Below, piece by piece: positions 17,282-23,884 of a DNA stretch of 28,821 nt. The translations under genes and the position numbers were made by a program. The notes under the pieces were generated by a model. That model saw only the letters and a list, made by a program, of their open reading frames with translations. It searched no databases and was not told where the DNA came from. Origin of the DNA: Verrucomicrobiota bacterium (GTDB lineage: Bacteria > Verrucomicrobiota > Verrucomicrobiia > Limisphaerales > SXQI01); contig JANRLX010000070.1 of assembly GCA_033762115.1 (NCBI GenBank), positions 1 to 28,821 on the forward strand, read 5' to 3'. How positions within the stretch are numbered: position 1 is the first letter of the stretch; each line of letters starts with the position of its first letter.

Positions 17282-18681
17282 AGTGGGATGGTCGAGAGAA
17301 TGGCCATAATTGGAATGGTCCCAAAGTTATAAAGAGCATGTCCCACAAAGGTTAAAAAAGGAAAATATGACAAAGCATAAGCACTCCATGATCCTAAAAG
17401 AACAAGCATAACTACACGTTGCTGCCGTTTCCAAAGTGTGATTAAACCGGACACCGATAAACTCACCAATACAAAATTATAGAGACTTAAAGGTAGTGTA
17501 TCTTTGTCGGCGTGGACGAAAAGTCTTTTTCTCAATGGTTCGGAAGCAAGCCCGCCATTTTTTGGGGGGAAAAGATAATACACAACCGGAAAATAATACT
17601 CTAAAGCATTCAGAACAAATTTACGGCAAAAATCTCTCGTTTGATTTCGTAGATGGTTTTTCATTTCCAGCGTGGCGTGATGCTCAAGAGCCGGGTTTGT
17701 GAATCCATAGTAATGGATGAATTTGGAAGCGGTTTCTGTGGGGAGGTTCATGTGGCGCAATTCCGCTTCATGTCTGCTTTCTTTGGCGGAGACCGCCGCC
17801 GAAGTGATGCCCCAGTGAGCGTTTCCAGCAAAGTAGGCAAGACCTGCATTACCCGCTACGGGGATGAACATGCCCGTAACAAGATAATTTCTATATGTCC
17901 AGGGTGCCAACAAGGTGATCAAGGAGAACACTATCATCGAAAGCTTTAATAAATCTTTCCAGTTCCTCAAATGAATACTCCATATTGCCAACAGACTCAG
18001 GATCAGCAATGCGATTGGAAGCATGGTCCCATGACACAGCATTCCCGCAAAAAGAATCAGTGTATATCGACAGGCGAAACTCGAAGAAATGCCCTGTTGC
18101 GTCCTTATTAGGGAAAGAATTGTCCAACTCATTTGCACCATGAGCAGATAAATAAACATTTGCAGAATGGCCGAAAGCGCGTTTTTTGCGGCCCAAATAA
18201 CAAATGGATTCAGAGCGAAGATCAACCAGCTCATCCAGGCTACACGTTTACCAAATAAGGCTGTGACAAATTTAAGCAAGGTGACGCCTGTAAGACTCAG
18301 CAAAGCGGCATTTAAAACAGCTACATAAAGCCGCCACAAAAATTCAGGCAGCGCTGCCAAAGGCATCAGCAAAACCGGGTAAAGGGGGGGTCTATGAAAG
18401 ACTTTGTGACCACCCGCTTCAAAAACATAACCATGCCCCCTTGCCATATTTAGCCCTAGTTCCAAATAGCCATCATAGGCTTCCCCTCCTAAAGGACGTT
18501 CAATGTTGAGTAATGGGCGAACAACGTAAGTGGCGAGAATGGACACAAACACTGTAAGCAGGAACAGCAAAAGCGAACACTTTACGATTCCGTGTCGTTC
18601 AAGCATGGTTAAGACATGCTCCATTCGCCGGGCCGAACTTGAGTGAACCGGGTTTAGAGAAATGGAGAAACCAGCTGACAT
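17242..18681 (-). CDS. Polytopic GT-C fold glycosyltransferase (ArnT/GT83/PMT_2-like)
   Basis: Many TM segments, first loop EAYDGY...NMARGHGY, HRPPLYP, FALNP, PWTYRNYLVTG, GLAYFAGN. Confidence 0.75.
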   Translation of the reverse strand: MSAGFSISLNPVHSSSARRMEHVLTMLERHGIVKCSLLLFLLTVFVSILATYVVRPLLNIERPLGGEAYDGYLELGLNMARGHGYVFEAGGHKVFHRPPLYPVLLMPLAALPEFLWRLYVAVLNAALLSLTGVTLLKFVTALFGKRVAWMSWLIFALNPFVIWAAKNALSAILQMFIYLLMVQMSWTILSLIRTQQGISSSFACRYTLILFAGMLCHGTMLPIALLILSLLAIWSIHLRNWKDLLKLSMIVFSLITLLAPWTYRNYLVTGMFIPVAGNAGLAYFAGNAHWGITSAAVSAKESRHEAELRHMNLPTETASKFIHYYGFTNPALEHHATLEMKNHLRNQTRDFCRKFVLNALEYYFPVVYYLFPPKNGGLASEPLRKRLFVHADKDTLPLSLYNFVLVSLSVSGLITLWKRQQRVVMLVLLGSWSAYALSYFPFLTFVGHALYNFGTIPIMAILSTIPLCPKIINTEAKPT

Positions 18682-18688
18682 TTCTTAG

Positions 18689-19681
18689 TCAGGAATTGCT
18701 CAAAGCGTTTTGAGCTTCAATAGAGTTATTGATCCCTTCAAGGACAGTGCAAAGCCTCTGCAATCGGGGAGTGGAGACATGGTGTCTCCTCGCGATATCC
18801 AAAGGGGTAAGAAAAATGGACTGTAACTCCAGTGGTTGCTTTTTTTCGAAATCCAGCAGGGTGGAAGGCTTATAAGCTTTCATTGCCCTGGTCAATGAAA
18901 TGAGCTCTTCCGGAAGTGAGTCAGAAATGCCCAGGTTTAGGGCATTGGCCGTGGTTTTTATTTCATGCATGAGATCCCTTATAAGCTGGAGCCACTGAGC
19001 ATCTGCAAGCAAAAGATCTGTGCTTAAACCAGCGGACCAGGGGCGACCAGGAATTAATTTTCCGTTCATCACGGCTTCCAATCCTGCTGCGCTGGCGACG
19101 CCAAGGCCATTGAAAGGAATGTTCCAAATTAATTTTTCCCAGCGAGCCCTCGCAAGATTATCTGTTACAGCACAGGGAATCCCGCTGTTGCGAAACATGG
19201 TTGCAAGATCGTGAGTCCGTGGTTCCGGCCATCGATTAAACTCTCCCAATGTAATTTTTCCATGAACCAAATGCTCAATGACTCCCGGCTGAAGCCGGTT
19301 CAAGCAAACGAAACAAAGTCCGCCAAGGACATTGTCGCTCCCGAAAATTGCGGAGAGCGCTTCCTCATTACCCAAGCCGTTTTGTAACGTGAGCAGTGCC
19401 GTTTGAGGTCCGGTCAAAGGGGGTAATAATTCGTTGAATCGGTCATTGGCGACAGTTTTTAAACTTATAATGACGAGATCACAAACTCCTATTTCCTCTG
19501 GCGTTTTCGCGCACCTGGGACGGACAGAGAAGTTTCCTTCGGGACTGATTATGCGCACTCCGCTTTTTCGAACAGCATCATAGTCGGAGCGAAGGAGAAA
19601 ATGCACTTCCTGTCCAAATCGAAGCAACTTTGCGCCATAGTAGCTTCCGACAGCTCCAGGTCCCACGATGGCGATTTTCAC
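18689..19681 (-). CDS. panE: 2-dehydropantoate 2-reductase (ketopantoate reductase family)
   Basis: KIAIVGPGAVGSYYG, LQNGLGNEE, WEKLIWNIPFNGL, PSTLLD, LE. GTG start at 19681; the longer ORF overlaps HU and its terminator. Confidence 0.9.
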   Translation of the reverse strand: MKIAIVGPGAVGSYYGAKLLRFGQEVHFLLRSDYDAVRKSGVRIISPEGNFSVRPRCAKTPEEIGVCDLVIISLKTVANDRFNELLPPLTGPQTALLTLQNGLGNEEALSAIFGSDNVLGGLCFVCLNRLQPGVIEHLVHGKITLGEFNRWPEPRTHDLATMFRNSGIPCAVTDNLARARWEKLIWNIPFNGLGVASAAGLEAVMNGKLIPGRPWSAGLSTDLLLADAQWLQLIRDLMHEIKTTANALNLGISDSLPEELISLTRAMKAYKPSTLLDFEKKQPLELQSIFLTPLDIARRHHVSTPRLQRLCTVLEGINNSIEAQNALSNS

Positions 19682-19694
19682 AGTTGCTCTGTTT

Positions 19695-19732
19695 AAAACA
19701 AATAAGGCACCCTGGGTTAACCCAGAGTGCCC
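19695..19732 (-). terminator. Intrinsic terminator downstream of the HU gene
   Basis: Minus strand reads GGGCACTCTGGG-TTAA-CCCAGGGTGCCT followed by TATTTGTTTT, starting about 17 nt after the HU stop. Confidence 0.8.
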
Positions 19733-19748
19733 CATGAGAGTAAGCAGA

Positions 19749-20036
19749 TTACTTGGCTCCGAGGATCGCGTCTTTGGCTGCTTTAGCAACGCGGAATTTA
19801 ACCACTTTCTTGGCTGGGATCTTGATCTCAGCGCCCGTTGCAGGGTTACGACCGATGCGGGCCTTGCGGTTCACGAGCACGAGTTTACCAAGGCCCGGAA
19901 GGGTAAAACTGTTCTTTGCGTTTTTGTAAGCGAGTTCGGCAATCGTTGCCAGGACGTCTGTAGCGGCCTTTTTGGTAATGCCAGCTTTGTCAGCAATGGC
20001 TGCGGCGATTTGAGATTTGGTAAGAGCTTTTGCCAT
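19749..20036 (-). CDS. hup: HU-family DNA-binding protein (95 aa)
   Basis: MAKALTKSQ..., FTLPGLGKL, RKARIGRNPATGAEIKIPAKKVVKFR. ATG at 20036. Confidence 0.95.
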   Translation of the reverse strand: MAKALTKSQIAAAIADKAGITKKAATDVLATIAELAYKNAKNSFTLPGLGKLVLVNRKARIGRNPATGAEIKIPAKKVVKFRVAKAAKDAILGAK

Positions 20037-20226
20037 ATTGTTTTCTTTGTATTGGTTCGTTGTCAGTCCGAAGACTTGCGCGTTATTAAAGCCTCTTTCA
20101 GGGGTGCGCAAGCAGAAATTCAGGATTTTCTTAGGAAAAACCAATTTATTTTCAAACTTCCTTAATCAGCAACTGCTGACAAATTTAAAAATCCAGCAAA
20201 TCCGGCCCAATATCGAAGTTCAGTAG

Positions 20227-20254
20227 TTGCATCTTCGCTCGATTCGTTTAGAAC
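20227..20254 (+). promoter_or_regulatory. Weak putative sigma70-type promoter, possibly leaderless
   Basis: TTGCAT (20227-20232), 16 nt spacer, TAGAAC (20249-20254), then 6 nt to ATG 20261. No Shine-Dalgarno. The -10 lacks the last conserved T. Confidence 0.3.
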
Positions 20255-20260
20255 ACCACC

Positions 20261-21370
20261 ATGCACATTTGGAAACGACTGCGGTTATTGGCTTTGGTGG
20301 TCCTTCTTCACATCCCGGCAAAAGCGCATGAAGGTGACCATTCCCATGCCGATCATCCTGCGACGGTTTCTCTTCCTTTGGTGCCGGAAAACAAGGGACC
20401 GGTCAAAATCAAGCCGGATTCACAGCAGCACTCATTAATCAGCGGGCAGGGATATTGGAAGTTCGTGCCCGTCAAAGGCGCTGTGCCGGTGCCTGATAAC
20501 GCCCGCGATAAAGTGAAAGGCGCTCATGGTACGGTGGTTTACGATGCCGACCGGGATATTGTTTATTGGGGATTGCAAAGCGTTGGCTGGATCGGTTTCA
20601 GCAATAAACTTCAGGCTTCGTGGATCATCAAAGGTGACGAAGTCTTCTCGCGCGGCAATCTTCATGGAGCCGATTTGCTACCACGAAAAGGAAAGCTGCC
20701 ATTGATTGCGGTCGCAGACGATTCGGAAGGGGAGGTTTATCTTTCGGACACAACCTTCGCAAAGGCACAGGTACTTCCGTGGCCGGGTGGGCAACCGTAT
20801 CAATCAAAGGGGGAATTCCATCCCACGGATGTTGCCTTTATTGATCAGCATGAAATTTATATTACGGATGGATACGGCAAAGCATTTTTCGTGTCGTCAT
20901 CGACAGAACCGTTCGCTTACAAGGGGGAATTTTTGGGAGGCAAAGACATGTCGCAAACTCCTCATGGCATTACCTACAAAAAAGATGACAAAATGTTGCT
21001 GATCGCGGCTCGTCCGGAAGCACAGGCAAAAAGGTATAAAATTAAAAACAAGCAGTGGCTTGAAACGTTTGGGCTCCCGCAGGGCAGCACAGTTTGCGAC
21101 CTGGATGTTTGGGGAGATTATGCTTTGGCTCCCTGCCTTGACGGTCCAGGCAAAAGCCCGGGGCCAATTTATATTCTGAATCTTAAGAAAAAGACGATCG
21201 CCAGTATCATCAAGCCTAAGGATGAGCTTGGTTATGGAGATGCTTTGCACATTCATGATGCGGCCTGGTATTTCTCAGGCAAAGGCAATAATCAGGAAGT
21301 GTATATCATCTTCACAAACTGGAACCCAGGCGGCATTGGGGCTTTGAAATTGGTGAACCAAAAAGATTGA
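20261..21370 (+). CDS. Exported NHL-repeat-like beta-propeller protein of unknown function
   Basis: Signal peptide ending AKA, then HEGDHSHADH; NHL-like blades FHPTDVAF...IYITDGYG and TPHGITY. Confidence 0.72.
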   Translation: MHIWKRLRLLALVVLLHIPAKAHEGDHSHADHPATVSLPLVPENKGPVKIKPDSQQHSLISGQGYWKFVPVKGAVPVPDNARDKVKGAHGTVVYDADRDIVYWGLQSVGWIGFSNKLQASWIIKGDEVFSRGNLHGADLLPRKGKLPLIAVADDSEGEVYLSDTTFAKAQVLPWPGGQPYQSKGEFHPTDVAFIDQHEIYITDGYGKAFFVSSSTEPFAYKGEFLGGKDMSQTPHGITYKKDDKMLLIAARPEAQAKRYKIKNKQWLETFGLPQGSTVCDLDVWGDYALAPCLDGPGKSPGPIYILNLKKKTIASIIKPKDELGYGDALHIHDAAWYFSGKGNNQEVYIIFTNWNPGGIGALKLVNQKD

Positions 21371-21407
21371 AGATTTGGTTTCAATCGGAATAAATCTTCA
21401 AACGCCT

Positions 21408-22454
21408 ATGAATTTGTCGATCACATTATCAGTGTTGCTCTGCGCTTCTGTCACTCTTTTTTCCGAAGAGGCAATGGCCACTGTTGAAACCAGGAAAGGG
21501 AAACCTGAACCGAAAGTTTATCCCACGATGGGAAAAATCGAGAGGCTTGACCCAGCCCTGAGAAATTTGATTCCCCCTTTCGCGGAAATCGAAAAACTCG
21601 CGTCGGGGTTTGAGTGGTCAGAAGGTCCGGTATGGGACAAAAAGAAAAAGGTGCTTTATTTTTCTGATGTCCCAAACAATGTGGTCTTTCGCTGGCAGGA
21701 GGGAATGCGGACCGCTGAGTATATGAACCCGAGCGGTTATACTGGCAGCACCAGTCGTGGAGGTGAACCTGGGTCGAATGGGTTGACAATTGACAATCAG
21801 GGGAGATTGGTCCTGTGCCAGCACGGAGATCGACAGGTGGCACGCAGGGAACAGAACGGAAAAGTGACTCCACTTGCCCGCTACTACAATTTCCGGCGTT
21901 TCAACAGCCCTAATGACCTTGTTTATAAATCGAATGGGGACCTCTATTTTACTGATCCTCCTTACGGACTGCTTAAGGGGAACAATGATCCGGCCAAAGA
22001 GCTCAATTTCAACGGAGTTTACCGTGTCACACCAAAAGGCGAAGTCACGTTGCTGACACGTGAGCTGAGTTTTCCTAATGGAATCGCCTTTTCTCCTGAT
22101 GAAAAGATCCTGTATGTCGCTATTTCCGATCCTCAGAACCCGGTGATCATGGCTTATGATGTCCAAAAAAACGGCATGATTGAAAATGGCAGAGTTTTTT
22201 TTGATACCAAACATTTGATGGAAGGGCGGAAAGGTTTGCCCGATGGGTTAAAGGTTGACAAGTTGGGTAACCTTTTTGCCACGGGACCTGGCGGTGTGCT
22301 TGTGATTACTCCGGCAGGGCAACATCTGGGTACGATCAACACCGGAGAAGCAACCGCGAATTGTGGATGGGGTGACGATGGATCAACCCTTTACATCACA
22401 GCAGATATGTATCTTTGCCGGGTGAAAACCAGCACCAAGGGAAAAGGTTTTTAA
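21408..22454 (+). CDS. Exported SMP-30/gluconolactonase/LRE family protein
   Basis: Signal peptide from ATG 21408 ending AMA; WSEGPVW, YFSDVP, GSNGL, FNSPND, YFTDPPYG, FPNGIAFSPDE, PDGLKVD, ANCGWG. Confidence 0.92.
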   Translation: MNLSITLSVLLCASVTLFSEEAMATVETRKGKPEPKVYPTMGKIERLDPALRNLIPPFAEIEKLASGFEWSEGPVWDKKKKVLYFSDVPNNVVFRWQEGMRTAEYMNPSGYTGSTSRGGEPGSNGLTIDNQGRLVLCQHGDRQVARREQNGKVTPLARYYNFRRFNSPNDLVYKSNGDLYFTDPPYGLLKGNNDPAKELNFNGVYRVTPKGEVTLLTRELSFPNGIAFSPDEKILYVAISDPQNPVIMAYDVQKNGMIENGRVFFDTKHLMEGRKGLPDGLKVDKLGNLFATGPGGVLVITPAGQHLGTINTGEATANCGWGDDGSTLYITADMYLCRVKTSTKGKGF

Positions 22455-22464
22455 CTCATCTTGA

Positions 22465-23829
22465 ATGAGGCCACATTTCACCAGCATAATCATTTTTATT
22501 CTGCTGGTGTCCGGCAACTGTAACCTTGCTGCGGATTGGCCCAGGTTTCTTGGTCCTTTGGGAAATGGGATTTCCCGGGAGACGAATCTCATTTCCAAAT
22601 GGGGAACAAATGGCCCCGCGTTGATATGGGATAAAGAGGTTGGAACCGGTTACAGTGCTCCCTCAATCCTTGGAGATTTGATTGTCCTCCATCATCGGGT
22701 GGGGCGCGATGAACAAGTGGAGGCTTTTTCGAAGAAAACCGGTTCTTCTGTTTGGAAGCATGCGTATCCTTCAAATTTTATCGATCCCTATGGGTACAAT
22801 AACGGTCCACGGTGTACTCCTCTGTTGGTTTCCAATCGTTGTTACACCTTTGGAGCGGAAGGGAAGCTGCTCTGTTTGGATCTGCAAAACGGTAAGTTGA
22901 TTTGGGAGAGGGACACCGCAAAGGAATGGGAAATACCAGAGGCGTTTTTTGGAGTCGGCAGTACACCTATTCTGGATTCCGGCGTACTGATCGTGATGGT
23001 TGGCGGACAGCCTAATTCCGGGGTCGTAGGACTAGAGCCTGAAACAGGGAGAACCTTGTGGGAAAGCGTAGGTGAAAAAAACTGGCAGGGAATACCGATG
23101 ACCGGATGGCGGGGAGAGCGCACAGTGGACTGGCAGCGATGGGAAAAACAAGCCAGTTACTCGAGTCCCGTGGCTGCCACAGTAAACGGTCAGCGCCAGA
23201 TTTTCTGCTTAATGCGACAAGGTCTTGTTTCCGTTAATCCGACGAATGGTCATGTCAACTTCAGCTTCTGGTTCAGGGCTACAGTCAATGAATCGGTTAA
23301 TGCGGCCAACCCAGTTGTGGTTGGCAATTCCATTTTTATTTCCGGCGCTTATTACAAAGTTGGTTCCGTCTTGTTGGAGGTTCAGCCTGGAAACAATGCA
23401 CTGAAGGAGAAATGGCGCGGCACGAACCTTGAAGTTCATTGGACCACCCCCATTTATCATAAGGGGCATTTGTATGCGTTTAGCGGTCGTAATGAGCCGG
23501 ACGCAATGTTCCGTTGCGTGAAATTCGACACAGGCGAAGTCGCCTGGAGCAGGAATGAACAGTGGCAGGGGCATACCCGTCAGAGCACTACTTATGGCCG
23601 CGGTTCGGCGATATTGGCCGATGGCAAGTTATTTGTACTGGGAGAAGCCGGATTGTTGGGATTGTTCAAGGCAAGTCCTGGAGAACCTATCGAGCTTGCC
23701 CGTGCGCAAATACCTCAACTCAGGTATCCCTGTTGGACTGCTCCGGTGCTTTCTGATGGAAAGCTTTATCTTCGTTCCGAATCCCGACTGCTTTGCCTGA
23801 ATGTTTCAGACTCCTCCCAGCCACAGTGA
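22465..23829 (+). CDS. Exported PQQ-binding-like (BamB-like) beta-propeller protein
   Basis: Signal peptide then ADWPRFLGPLGNG; GYSAP, GPRCTP, CLDLQNGKLIW, YSSP, CWTAPVLSDGKLYLR. Confidence 0.88.
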   Translation: MRPHFTSIIIFILLVSGNCNLAADWPRFLGPLGNGISRETNLISKWGTNGPALIWDKEVGTGYSAPSILGDLIVLHHRVGRDEQVEAFSKKTGSSVWKHAYPSNFIDPYGYNNGPRCTPLLVSNRCYTFGAEGKLLCLDLQNGKLIWERDTAKEWEIPEAFFGVGSTPILDSGVLIVMVGGQPNSGVVGLEPETGRTLWESVGEKNWQGIPMTGWRGERTVDWQRWEKQASYSSPVAATVNGQRQIFCLMRQGLVSVNPTNGHVNFSFWFRATVNESVNAANPVVVGNSIFISGAYYKVGSVLLEVQPGNNALKEKWRGTNLEVHWTTPIYHKGHLYAFSGRNEPDAMFRCVKFDTGEVAWSRNEQWQGHTRQSTTYGRGSAILADGKLFVLGEAGLLGLFKASPGEPIELARAQIPQLRYPCWTAPVLSDGKLYLRSESRLLCLNVSDSSQPQ

Positions 23830-23830
23830 T

Positions 23831-23861
23831 TTGACACTCATCAGGACTTTCGCTTTACAGT
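23831..23861 (+). promoter_or_regulatory. Putative sigma70-type promoter upstream of the TPR gene
   Basis: Perfect TTGACA (23831-23836) just after the upstream stop, and TACAGT (23856-23861). The spacer is 19 nt, which is long. Confidence 0.3.
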
Positions 23862-23884
23862 TAATGATGCGAGGATCAGTGCAG

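Noticed and set aside
19668..20165. 165 aa plus-strand ORF
   Set aside because: Antisense to HU and spans its terminator; no motifs.
21618..22214. 198 aa minus-strand ORF
   Set aside because: Antisense shadow of the gluconolactonase gene.
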